Part shown: piece after piece, positions 1 through 12,109 of the stretch
How positions within the stretch are numbered: position 1 is the stretch's first letter
How the letters are laid out: every line of letters starts with the position of its first letter
Source: Methylophilaceae bacterium
GTDB lineage: Bacteria > Pseudomonadota > Gammaproteobacteria > Burkholderiales > Methylophilaceae
Length of the DNA stretch: 33,189 bases
Direction: 5' to 3'
Assembly: GCA_031385945.1 (NCBI GenBank)
Contig: JANNBX010000006.1
Location: 1-33,189, forward strand
Position numbers and translations under genes: made by a program
Notes under the pieces: generated by a model
What the model was told of the DNA's origin: nothing
Seen by the model: the letters and a program-made list of their open reading frames with translations, nothing else
The model's database searches: none

Positions 1-71
1 AATGATATGAAAAATGGGGCACGGTTTGTGAAGCCTGCTACGTCTAAAACATTTAAACCACGATAAAACAT

Positions 72-515
72 ATGATTTCTGTACGCCCAATAGCTCAATC
101 AGACTATGCAGATTGGTGTATTTTATACGCAGCCTACGCCGAGTTTTATCAAGTCACTCAAACAATCCAAATGCGTGACCAAGTTTGGTCTTGGCTACAT
201 GACTCAAGCCATGAGGCAAGTGGTTTTATTGCAATAAATAACCAAAGCGTGGCTGTCGGTTTAGCACATTACCGCTCGTTTTCTCGCCCACTTTCTGCGT
301 CTATTGGCGGATTCCTTGACGACTTGTTTGTAACACCATCAGCTCGTGGTGGCAGAATAAGCAAAAAGCTCATCGAAGCTGTCGTTATGGTAGGTAAAGA
401 AAAAAATTGGTCGGTTATTCGTTGGATTACTGCAGACAGCAATTACCGTGCACGTAGCACATACGAAAAATTAGCAACTCAAACTAAATGGGTTACTTAC
501 GATATCAAACTATAA
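72..515 (+). CDS. GNAT family N-acetyltransferase
   Basis: 147-aa ORF with ATG start. The N-terminal 'RPIAQSDYADW' and central acetyl-CoA-binding-like 'GGFLDDLFV...ARGGRISKKLIEAV' region fit the GNAT fold. Confidence 0.6.
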   Translation: MISVRPIAQSDYADWCILYAAYAEFYQVTQTIQMRDQVWSWLHDSSHEASGFIAINNQSVAVGLAHYRSFSRPLSASIGGFLDDLFVTPSARGGRISKKLIEAVVMVGKEKNWSVIRWITADSNYRARSTYEKLATQTKWVTYDIKL

Positions 516-548
516 AATCCCTCGCCGCAACATCTCATTTTTAGTACT

Positions 549-621
549 GTCATTCTGAGTGAAACGAAGAATCTAGATTTTATTAGCTGCGTAATGGATT
601 CTTCGTTTCACTCAGAATGAC
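549..621. repeat. Perfect 25-bp inverted repeat (stem 549-573 / 597-621) with a 23-nt loop. Intergenic stem-loop with no T-tract.
   Basis: Read directly: 'gtcattctgagtgaaacgaagaatc' ... 'gattcttcgtttcactcagaatgac' are exact reverse complements. Confidence 0.8.
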
Positions 622-644
622 GCGAAATATATAATGTTAGTCAA

Positions 645-1091
645 ATGAATTATATTTTCGCTTATTTTTGGGCAGCTCCCACTAGCCTAATAGGCTTAAT
701 GATTGCCCTACCCAGTCTTATTTCAGGCGCTAAAACGCAACGTATCAGTGGCGTGCTAGAAATCACTGGTGGTTTTTGGCTATTTACTTCAAAGTTTTAT
801 CCATCATTGCTACATTTTGATGCCATCACGTTTGGCCATGTCATTATTGCTAAAGACACCAAAATTTTAAGCGTTTGGCGTGAGCATGAGCATATTCATG
901 TGCAGCAATATTGCCGTTGGGGAGTGCTGTTTTTGCTGGCTTATCCGTTAGCGAGCTTGTGGCAATTCATCCATCATCGTCACCCGTATTGGCATAATCC
1001 ATTTGAGGTTGAGGCTTACACTAAAGCTGCGCCGCATGCGCCCACTCAATATCAAAACCAGCATCAAAAATCAGCACCGAAGCCAAAATAA
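645..1091 (+). CDS. Small integral membrane protein with an HExxH motif (possible DUF3267-like putative zincin).
   Basis: 148 aa with two hydrophobic segments, 'REHEHIHVQQY' HExxH motif and a His-rich 'FIHHRHPYWHNPFE' stretch. Confidence 0.45.
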   Translation: MNYIFAYFWAAPTSLIGLMIALPSLISGAKTQRISGVLEITGGFWLFTSKFYPSLLHFDAITFGHVIIAKDTKILSVWREHEHIHVQQYCRWGVLFLLAYPLASLWQFIHHRHPYWHNPFEVEAYTKAAPHAPTQYQNQHQKSAPKPK

Positions 1092-1149
1092 CTAACGCTG
1101 AACTATCGTTTGTGTTTAATGCTCTTAACAGCATCTTGTGGAGAAAATA

Positions 1150-2013
1150 ATGGCTTTAAATTTAACTAAAAAATTGTTCAGTGCACTAGCTATTGCAGCA
1201 CTGTTATTTGCTGGCAGCGCTTATGCTGAAAAAGGCTTGCTATGGAAAATGGAAGCGCCAAGCGGCAAAATCAGCTATTTATTTGGCACCATGCATGCAG
1301 ATGACGCGCGCATTAACGATTTTTCGCCAGCCATTCAAGACGCGATGAAAGCCAGTGAAACCTACATGATGGAAACGCTACCCGCGCGTGACCCTTCTAT
1401 TTACTTTATGCCAGAAGGTACGCTGCTTAAAAACTTATTGACTGATGCCGAGTACGAAAAATTCAAAACACTCACTGAATACCATGTGATGCATGATGAA
1501 GCGGCGAACCGCATGAAACCTTGGCTGCTGGCGGTGGTGTTTGATTTACCTAAGCCAGATACTGGGTATTCGCAAGATGCGCTGCTTTACCATTTAGCGG
1601 AATCGCAAGGTAAAGAGGCGTTGGGTTTGGAAGATACGCTAGAGCATTTTGCATCACTTGATGCGCTCACACTTGACGAGCAACTCACTATGCTACGTGC
1701 GGTGTTGAAGCGCACACAAGCGGATAAAGAGCGTGATTATGAGTTACTGTTAAACGCTTATTTAACGGGTGACGCTACGGAAATTAACAAGTTAGATGAC
1801 AAAATTACAGGCGGCATGCTACCCAAGGCGTTATGGGCAAAAATGCGCGTAAAATTGTTAGATGAGCGCAACGTGATCATGGCAAAACGTGCTGCAGAGC
1901 AGGCGAATAGTGCGCCAACGTTTATTGCCATGGGAGCATCACACTTGCCAGGGGATAACGGCGTGATTGCACTGTTGCGCAAAGCACAATTTAAATTAAC
2001 GGTGATACAGTGA
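1150..2013 (+). CDS. TraB/GumN family protein, periplasmic.
   Basis: N-terminal signal peptide and a 'YLFGTMHADD' motif typical of TraB/GumN (Tiki-like) proteins. The tracked ORF starts with GTG at 1138. The ATG at 1150 has a GGAG 8 nt upstream and is the preferred start. Confidence 0.6.
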   Translation: MALNLTKKLFSALAIAALLFAGSAYAEKGLLWKMEAPSGKISYLFGTMHADDARINDFSPAIQDAMKASETYMMETLPARDPSIYFMPEGTLLKNLLTDAEYEKFKTLTEYHVMHDEAANRMKPWLLAVVFDLPKPDTGYSQDALLYHLAESQGKEALGLEDTLEHFASLDALTLDEQLTMLRAVLKRTQADKERDYELLLNAYLTGDATEINKLDDKITGGMLPKALWAKMRVKLLDERNVIMAKRAAEQANSAPTFIAMGASHLPGDNGVIALLRKAQFKLTVIQ

Positions 2014-2089
2014 GGGTTAAATGCTTTGTAAACGATACCCTAATCGATACGTTTAACTCTAGATGATGAAGTAAGATCGGGGTTTTTAA

Positions 2090-2623
2090 ATGAACAACTT
2101 ATTATTAGCGTTAGTGGTGTTAAGCGTAACGGCTTGTGCAAGCACGCAAAACAAGCCACAGCTTCAGCGCTTAAATGCTGAACAGCTAGCCGCTACGACA
2201 GTACCAGCAATCCCTAAAATGAGTTTGCAAGATGTAGTCACCATGTCAAAAAGTGGTGCAACGGCGGATGCCATTATTGCTAAATTAAATGCCAGTAACA
2301 CCAGCTTTGATTTAACGCCATCGCAAAGTTTAGAGCTTGCTAAGCAAGGTGTTGACGTAAAAGTGCTCGACGAGATATACAAAACGCATGAACAAATTGT
2401 GCAAAATAAACACGCAGAAGCAGTTAACCAGCAAATGAAAGCAAAACAAATGGCTGAGAAAAAGCTAGCAGATGAAAAATCAAACCGCCAACGTAGTGAA
2501 AATTGGTGGGTAAACCGTGGCTGGGGTTACGACCCATACTACGGCAGTCTTTATTTAAACCAAGGCTTTGGTGGCTATAGACGTGGCTTTGGCAGTAATT
2601 TTGGCTACGGATTTGGTTGGTAA
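2090..2623 (+). CDS. Hypothetical lipoprotein with a Gly/aromatic-rich C-terminus.
   Basis: Lipobox 'LSVTAC' and a C-terminal 'GWGYDPYYGSLYLNQGFGGYRRGFGSNFGYGFGW' tail. Confidence 0.55.
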   Translation: MNNLLLALVVLSVTACASTQNKPQLQRLNAEQLAATTVPAIPKMSLQDVVTMSKSGATADAIIAKLNASNTSFDLTPSQSLELAKQGVDVKVLDEIYKTHEQIVQNKHAEAVNQQMKAKQMAEKKLADEKSNRQRSENWWVNRGWGYDPYYGSLYLNQGFGGYRRGFGSNFGYGFGW

Positions 2624-2640
2624 ATAACTGTTTAAACTAA

Positions 2641-2668
2641 AAAGCCAGCTTGATTGCTGGCTTTTTTA
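2641..2668 (+). terminator. Rho-independent terminator downstream of the lipoprotein gene.
   Basis: 'aaagccagc ttgatt gctggct tttttt' is a GC stem followed by a T-run. Confidence 0.6.
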
Positions 2669-2889
2669 TGCTTAATTTTCTATGGTATTATTTTTAGATA
2701 GTTAATCTCACAAATTCGTCATACCAGCGGAGGCTGATATCTAGACAAGTTTCTGGTGAATGAATTATTCTTTATTTAAACATTCCTGTGCATCATATTT
2801 GTCTGGATTCCGACCTCCGTCGGAATGACAGTTACTTAAATTGGTATTTAAATCTCAACGCTGCCACTTCTTAGAAAGCTTGCTGTACG

Positions 2890-3309
2890 ATGCGCCAACT
2901 GACTACTCAGATTACTGTTAAAACCCATGGCAAACGCCTTTATGACATTACGCCTGAGGTGCTGACTTGGGTTAAAAATAGCGGCTTTAAAAATGGCTTA
3001 CTAACGCTTTATATTCAACATACTTCAGCGAGTTTATTGATTAACGAAAATTATGACGCAGATGTGTTGATTGATATAGAAGCGTTTTTTGCACGTTTAG
3101 TGCCAGATGGCGACAAGCTATTTATCCATACCGTTGAAGGTATTGATGACATGCCCGCACACGTAAGAAGTGCGCTTACGCAGACTAGCATTGGCGTACC
3201 AGTGATTGATGGAAAATTAGCGCTTGGGCAATGGCAGGGTATTTTTGTATTTGAACACCGTTTACAAGCGCAACATCGGCGGGTTTTATTGCATATAATT
3301 GGCGAGTAA
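2890..3309 (+). CDS. yjbQ: YjbQ/UPF0047 family protein (secondary thiamine-phosphate synthase-like).
   Basis: 139 aa. The N-terminal 'ITVKTHGKRLYDITPEV' and C-terminal 'HIIGE' are characteristic of the YjbQ family. Confidence 0.65.
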   Translation: MRQLTTQITVKTHGKRLYDITPEVLTWVKNSGFKNGLLTLYIQHTSASLLINENYDADVLIDIEAFFARLVPDGDKLFIHTVEGIDDMPAHVRSALTQTSIGVPVIDGKLALGQWQGIFVFEHRLQAQHRRVLLHIIGE

Positions 3310-3310
3310 A

Positions 3311-4567
3311 TTACCTGGCTATGCACCAACTCATGGGGTCAAATGGTTTGCTGTTATGGCGTAGCTCAAAATAAACGCCATTACTCTCATTGCCCCCGCT
3401 GTTGCCCACATTAGCCACCGTATCACCAGCAGTTACGCGCTCACCAACTTGTTTTAACACGGCTTGATTATTGCCATAAATACTCATGTAGCCACTGCCG
3501 TGATCCACAATCAGCACATTGCCAAAACCACGCAACCAATCAGCAAATACCACTTGGCCACTGGCGATACTTTTTACTTCATTGCCCTCAGCGGCTTTAA
3601 TAAATAAGCCGCGCCATGAAACGCCGCTCTCTGCGCGGGCTGAGCCAAAGCGGTTCGTCACACTGCCGCGCACTGGTAAATTGAGTTTGCCACGCAGGCT
3701 TGCGAAACGCACACCATCATCATCGGCACTTGGCAACGTATCGTTATTGGCAACCACTTGGTTATTTGGCTCTGTGGTATCGGGTGCAGATTGATTCGTT
3801 TTTTTGGTGCGCGTTTTTTTGACTTTTTTCGGCGGAATCACTTTTGCTAAACGCTCTATCAATTGAGATAAACGTTGCTGGTCGCGCTTTAGCTTATTGA
3901 TTTCATTACGTTGGCTTTTGATTTGTGTCGATAGCGCACTCAACACCTGATTTTTTTCTTGTTTTTGCGCTTGCAGGGTTTTTCGCTCTTCTTCTTGCGC
4001 GAGTTTTAACGCAGTGATCTCAGCCAAGGTTGCGTTGGTTTGGTTATTTAATTGTGTGATTTTAGTTAAACTACCACGCAAACTTTCAATTAAATCTGCC
4101 CGCGCTTTTGAAACGTAGGTGAAATAATGCAACTCGCGAGAAACCGCATTAGGGTCTTGATTTTGCAATAAGGTTTGTGCGTAGCTTTGTTTGCCATGCA
4201 AATATTGCTCATAAACCAGTGCGCCCAAGCGTTGCTGTTGCTGGTTAATAGCCGCTTGTGTGCCATCTTTTTCAGACGCCAAATTGCTGAGTTTAGACTT
4301 GTGCTCGCGACCCTCTTTGTCTAAATCATGCAGCTTTTTATTAGCCTGGCTAATGGCTTGCTCGCTGGCTTTAAGCTCATCTGCAGCGTCTTTTCTGGCA
4401 GATTGCGACTCATCAAGCTCTTTGGTGAGTGCTTCAATTTTTTGCTGAATTTCACTTAAATCTTCACGGCTTTTTGCTTTGTCTGCGCTATTAGCCTGCT
4501 GGGTAAATACCCCAAACACTAACAATAACACAGAGCAAAATAGCGAAAAATTACGCAAACTGAACAA
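3311..4567 (-). CDS. envC: Murein hydrolase activator EnvC-like protein: coiled-coil plus a C-terminal M23/LytM domain.
   Basis: Signal peptide, a long Gln/Lys/Glu coiled-coil, and a C-terminal 'VLIVDHGSGYMSIYGNNQ...VGNSGGNESNGVYFELRHNSKPFDP' LytM domain. It sits next to gpmI as in enterobacteria. Confidence 0.75.
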   Translation of the reverse strand: MFSLRNFSLFCSVLLLVFGVFTQQANSADKAKSREDLSEIQQKIEALTKELDESQSARKDAADELKASEQAISQANKKLHDLDKEGREHKSKLSNLASEKDGTQAAINQQQQRLGALVYEQYLHGKQSYAQTLLQNQDPNAVSRELHYFTYVSKARADLIESLRGSLTKITQLNNQTNATLAEITALKLAQEEERKTLQAQKQEKNQVLSALSTQIKSQRNEINKLKRDQQRLSQLIERLAKVIPPKKVKKTRTKKTNQSAPDTTEPNNQVVANNDTLPSADDDGVRFASLRGKLNLPVRGSVTNRFGSARAESGVSWRGLFIKAAEGNEVKSIASGQVVFADWLRGFGNVLIVDHGSGYMSIYGNNQAVLKQVGERVTAGDTVANVGNSGGNESNGVYFELRHNSKPFDPMSWCIAR

Positions 4568-6107
4568 GGCTGTTACCTGTCATTTGTGCTGGTTTTGCTA
4601 CACCCATCATATAAAGCAAAGTGGGCGACAAATCTGACAATGCACCTGTTTCGCTCATGGTAGCTGGCCGGCCAATATATAAACATGGCACTAAATTGAG
4701 CGTGTGCTGGGTATGTGGTTGCTGGTTAATTTCATCAAACATCAGCTCCACATTGCCATGGTCTGCAGTAATAATCACCTCGCCACCAATCTTTTGCATC
4801 GCTGCAACCACCCGCCCAATGCATACATCGATGGCCTCAACCGCTTTAATAGCGGCACTTAAATCACCCGTGTGCCCAACCATATCGCAATTGGCAAAGT
4901 TACAAATAATAGCGTTATACTTTTGTGCCGCAATCACGGCCTCTAAGTTTTCAGTGACTTCAAACGCGCTCATTTCGGGCTTTAAATCGTAAGTGGGTAC
5001 ATCAGGTGACGGCACTAAAATGCGTTCTTCACCAGCGAATACTTTTTCTTCGCCACCATTAAAAAAGAACGTTACATGCGGATATTTTTCAGTTTCGGCA
5101 ATGCGCAACTGCGTTAAACCTAAGTTAGATACATATTCGCCAAAGGTATTACTAATATCAACTTGCTCAAAAACGGTAGTCACGCCGATTTCATTTTTGT
5201 CATGCTCGGTGAGCGTGTAATAGCCCCCAAGTTTGCGCACATGACGACGGTGAAAGCCATCAAAATGTGGCGCAAGCAAAGAGTGTGTGAGCTGACGGGC
5301 GCGGTCTGAACGGAAATTCATATATACCACCACATCGTTATCTTGCAAAATACCCACTGGTTTGCCATGTTCTAATAGCACCGTTGGTTTTACAAACTCA
5401 TCGTTTTCTTCTCTTGCATAAGCGGCCTCTAAACCTTGCAGGGCAGATTCAGCGTTAAATTCTGCAATGCCTTCGGTAATTAAATCATAAGCAATTTCAA
5501 CGCGTGGCCAGCGTTTATCGCGGTCCATTGCGTAATATCGGCCACAGATTGTGGCAATTTTTACACTACCCTTGCCTAATTCGTTAAGCGCATCGCACTC
5601 TGCTTCTAAGGCCGCCAAATAAGGCTTAGCACTAATGGGCGGCGTATCGCGGCCATCTAAAAATGCATGCACAAACACCCGCGCTACATTTTGCTCTATA
5701 GCCAATTGCATCATGGCGTGAATATGGTCTTGGTGGCTATGTACGCCACAATCTGAAATTAAGCCAAAAATATGCAAAGCGGCATTATTCGCCTTTGCTT
5801 TTTGAGTGGCCTCAAGTAATTTTGGGTCGCTAAAAAAACTACGCGTTGCAATCGCATTATTGATCCGTTCAAAATCCTGAAACACCACACGACCCGCGCC
5901 AATATTGAGATGTCCTACTTCTGAATTACCCATTTGACCTTGCGGCAAGCCAACAAAATTTTCACTGGCGTTAATCAAAGTATGCGGGTATTTCGACCAA
6001 AGTGCGTCCCAATTTGGCTTATTGGCGAGCAACATGGCGTTGTCTTTGCTCGTCTCACTCCAGCCAAATCCGTCTAAAATCAATAATGCTACAGGGGTCG
6101 TTTTCAT
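4551..6107 (-). CDS. gpmI: 2,3-bisphosphoglycerate-independent phosphoglycerate mutase.
   Basis: 518 aa with 'LILDGFGWSE' N-terminus, 'SDCGVHSH' and a 'TADHGN' metal-site motif. Confidence 0.9.
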   Translation of the reverse strand: MKTTPVALLILDGFGWSETSKDNAMLLANKPNWDALWSKYPHTLINASENFVGLPQGQMGNSEVGHLNIGAGRVVFQDFERINNAIATRSFFSDPKLLEATQKAKANNAALHIFGLISDCGVHSHQDHIHAMMQLAIEQNVARVFVHAFLDGRDTPPISAKPYLAALEAECDALNELGKGSVKIATICGRYYAMDRDKRWPRVEIAYDLITEGIAEFNAESALQGLEAAYAREENDEFVKPTVLLEHGKPVGILQDNDVVVYMNFRSDRARQLTHSLLAPHFDGFHRRHVRKLGGYYTLTEHDKNEIGVTTVFEQVDISNTFGEYVSNLGLTQLRIAETEKYPHVTFFFNGGEEKVFAGEERILVPSPDVPTYDLKPEMSAFEVTENLEAVIAAQKYNAIICNFANCDMVGHTGDLSAAIKAVEAIDVCIGRVVAAMQKIGGEVIITADHGNVELMFDEINQQPHTQHTLNLVPCLYIGRPATMSETGALSDLSPTLLYMMGVAKPAQMTGNSLVQFA

Positions 6108-6155
6108 GATGAATATTCAAAAATAATCGGTAGCTGACATTGTATAATTGCAAGC

Positions 6156-6665
6156 ATGAAATTACTTGATAAGTTGTTAAAAAGTTTTAAAAAGTTGATT
6201 CGCGTGAAAAGCTTAAATGCTGCTGAAAGCTTGCAAACACGTGGCTTCGACGCGGGTGAATATTACTGGCTGTTTGCAACACCCGTACATTTGGTTTTGC
6301 AACGCGATAGCTTTAGCATGGCAGAACCACTTGTGTTAACGGCTGCTGAACATGAAAGCTTGTTAGCCACTTTAAATTTGCATTTTAAAGAAGATAGCTT
6401 ACAGTTTTTTGAGCACGCATCTACTTGGTTTTTACGCTTAAAATATGACCCGGAAATTAGTACAGTTGCGCCACAAACACTGGTGAATCGCGACATTCAA
6501 GCGTATCTGCCAAGCGGCGCTGGTGCGGCTAAATGGGCGCAACTGACGAACGAAATACAAATGTTATTGTTTGAACACCCTGTCAATATTACGCGTGAAA
6601 ACCAAAAACAATTCACGGTGAATAGTGTGTGGTTTCACGATTTAGGTTGTATAAAAGATGACTGA
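6156..6665 (+). CDS. Hypothetical protein, translationally coupled to recJ.
   Basis: 169-aa ORF with ATG start. A perfect TATAAT sits at 6143-6148. The ORF overlaps the recJ start by 8 nt. I do not recognise a family. Confidence 0.45.
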   Translation: MKLLDKLLKSFKKLIRVKSLNAAESLQTRGFDAGEYYWLFATPVHLVLQRDSFSMAEPLVLTAAEHESLLATLNLHFKEDSLQFFEHASTWFLRLKYDPEISTVAPQTLVNRDIQAYLPSGAGAAKWAQLTNEIQMLLFEHPVNITRENQKQFTVNSVWFHDLGCIKDD

Positions 6666-8370
6666 AATTGTACAAAGGCAATATGATACAACAGCCGCCG
6701 CCAGCTTAGTCGAAAATGGTGTAAATGCAGTGCTTGCCAAAGTATTAAGCGCACGTGGTATTGTTGAAAAATCGCAACTTGAAAGCCACTTAAGCAATCT
6801 ACTGACGCCAGACAGCCTTACGAATAATGCGCAAATGGCGGTGTTACTGGCTGATGCCATTGCGGCGAATAAAAGCATTTTGATTATTGGCGATTACGAT
6901 GCAGATGGCGCCACAGCGACTGCCGTGGCGATGAAAGGCTTGAAGGTTTTTGGTGCCAAGGTTGATTTTTTAGTGCCAAATCGCTTTGAATACGGCTATG
7001 GCTTAACGCCTGAAATCGTTGATTTAGCCGCTACGCTACAGCCCGATATAATCATCACTGTGGATAATGGTATTGCCAGTATTGAAGGCGTTTTGCGCGC
7101 TAATCAATTGGGTATTCAAGTGCTGATTACCGACCACCATTTACCAGCGGAAACTACGCCTGCCGCCACTTGTATTATTAACCCCAATCAACACGGCTGT
7201 AACTTTAAAAGTAAAAACCTAGCAGGCGTAGGCGTGATGTTTTACTGCTTGCTGGCCTTACGTATTGAGCTACGCTCACGCGGTGCGTTTGATAGTAAGC
7301 CAGAGCCAAACTTGAGTAGTCTGTTAGATTTAGTCGCCCTTGGCACCGTGGCAGATTTAGTGCGCCTAGACGATAATAACCGCATCTTAGTTGAGCAAGG
7401 GTTGCAGCGTATTCGTGCAGGAAAATGCTCTGCAGGCATTACCGCATTGCTAAATATTGCAGGTCGTAGCCCACAACATGTGACAGCTCAAGACTTAGGT
7501 TTTTACGTAGGGCCAAGGCTCAACGCGGCTGGCAGACTAGATGATATGCGGCTAGGTATTCAATGTTTGCTCGCTGAAACAGAGCATGAAGCCAACACAT
7601 TAGCCCAAGAATTACACGACTTAAACGCTGAGCGCCGCAATATTGAAGCCGACATGCAAGACGGCGCGATGTTAGCGCTAGATAATTTAGACATTAAAGA
7701 CCAATACACCATCAGCATTTATCAAGCTGACTGGCATCAAGGTGTGATTGGCATTTTAGCCTCACGCATTAAAGAGCAGTTTCACCGCCCTGTGATTGTG
7801 TTTGCTGATGCGAACAATGGTGTTTTAAAGGGCTCTGGCCGCTCAATACCAGGCTTTCATCTGCGCGATGCGCTAGATTTAGTGACCAAACGCAAGTCTA
7901 ATTTGATACAAAAATTTGGTGGCCATGCCATGGCGGCTGGTTTAACCATTAGCCAAAATGACTTTGCTGAATTTCAAACAGCTTTTGAATCAGTTGCCAG
8001 GGAGCTGCTCAACGAAGCTGATTTAACAGCCGTGATTGCGACAGATGGCTCAATTTCTAGCACAGACATGACACTTGAAACTGCACAAATATTAGAAACA
8101 CAAGTGTGGGGGCAAGGCTTTGCTGAGCCTTTGTTTTACGACACGTTTAAGGTGGTAAGCCAAAAATTGTTGGGCGAAAAGCACTTAAAATTGCTGCTAA
8201 AAAAAGATGACCTGCAAAAAAATCAAACACAATTTGATGCCATATTTTTTAAGCAAACTGAGTTTCTGCCCGATGTCGTCAGTTTGGTATATCAATTTCA
8301 AACCAATACCTTCAGAGGCTTGCAAACGCTACAACTCATGGTGAAATATGCCGAAAATGCCAACCCATAA
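6658..8370 (+). CDS. recJ: Single-stranded-DNA-specific exonuclease RecJ.
   Basis: 570 aa with DHH motifs 'IIGDYDADGATATAV' and 'ITDHH' and a DHHA1 region 'GGHAMAAG'. Confidence 0.9.
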   Translation: MTEIVQRQYDTTAAASLVENGVNAVLAKVLSARGIVEKSQLESHLSNLLTPDSLTNNAQMAVLLADAIAANKSILIIGDYDADGATATAVAMKGLKVFGAKVDFLVPNRFEYGYGLTPEIVDLAATLQPDIIITVDNGIASIEGVLRANQLGIQVLITDHHLPAETTPAATCIINPNQHGCNFKSKNLAGVGVMFYCLLALRIELRSRGAFDSKPEPNLSSLLDLVALGTVADLVRLDDNNRILVEQGLQRIRAGKCSAGITALLNIAGRSPQHVTAQDLGFYVGPRLNAAGRLDDMRLGIQCLLAETEHEANTLAQELHDLNAERRNIEADMQDGAMLALDNLDIKDQYTISIYQADWHQGVIGILASRIKEQFHRPVIVFADANNGVLKGSGRSIPGFHLRDALDLVTKRKSNLIQKFGGHAMAAGLTISQNDFAEFQTAFESVARELLNEADLTAVIATDGSISSTDMTLETAQILETQVWGQGFAEPLFYDTFKVVSQKLLGEKHLKLLLKKDDLQKNQTQFDAIFFKQTEFLPDVVSLVYQFQTNTFRGLQTLQLMVKYAENANP

Positions 8371-8755
8371 AACGCTTAAATTAGTAGCTCGCTGGTTTGT
8401 ATTCACTTGGTTTTTTATCGGCGGCATCGCGCATTTCGCATACCCTGAGCCATTTTTACGGATTATGCCGCCGTATGTTCCATTTCATTTGGCTTGTGTT
8501 TATATCAGTGGTTTTTTTGAATTGCTGGGTGCGCTTGGCTTATGGGTTAAGCCGGTAGGCGGGCTTTATATAAGAGAGTTGGCGGGTTATGGTTTGATGC
8601 TGCTCACCGCTATTGTCACACTGGCCAATATACAAATGTTCCAGCATCCTGAGCTGTTTCCAAGCATTCCTTACTGGGTGTTGGTCATTCGCTTCCCCGT
8701 GCAGGGATTGCTGATTTGGCTGATTTGGTGGGCTTCACGCGAAGACACTACATAA
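8348..8755 (+). CDS. Small polytopic membrane protein (DoxX-like).
   Basis: 135 aa with 3-4 hydrophobic helices ('WFVFTWFFIGGIAHF', 'ISGFFELLGALGLW'). The family assignment is tentative. Confidence 0.4.
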   Translation: MPKMPTHKTLKLVARWFVFTWFFIGGIAHFAYPEPFLRIMPPYVPFHLACVYISGFFELLGALGLWVKPVGGLYIRELAGYGLMLLTAIVTLANIQMFQHPELFPSIPYWVLVIRFPVQGLLIWLIWWASREDTT

Positions 8756-8771
8756 ACCCACCAGTCAATAC

Positions 8772-11857
<3,086 letters not shown>

Positions 11858-12109
11858 TTAATGATTTTTATAAGTGATTATTATTTAATCGTATCTACAT
11901 TGATTATAGACGATAGCAGTAATTTTTTAAGGTCAGGTGAAAACTTTTAAAAAGACATAAGAACTTGTGGAAAACCAGCACATTTAAAGCAGTTGATGAT
12001 GTACCAACATTCAGTAATTAAAAAAGGGATTTAGTGATTGAAGCTGAAATTAAGCGATTGAAGCTGAGACTAGGTATTTAAAGGCAGGATAAGGCGGTTA
12101 AATACAGGA

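Noticed and set aside
549-621. Possibility that the 25-bp stem-loop is an intrinsic terminator or a tRNA.
   Set aside because: There is no 3' T-tract and no cloverleaf-compatible structure. I report it as a repeat/hairpin instead.
2807-2826. 8-bp stem / 4-nt loop hairpin 'attccgac ctcc gtcggaat' upstream of yjbQ.
   Set aside because: It is short, has no T-tract and is not obviously positioned relative to a promoter. The evidence for function is insufficient.
3051-3329. Cys-rich 92-aa ORF on the minus strand ('...RRCCACKRCSNTKIPCHCPS...').
   Set aside because: It lies fully inside and antisense to the well-supported yjbQ gene. It has no independent start context.
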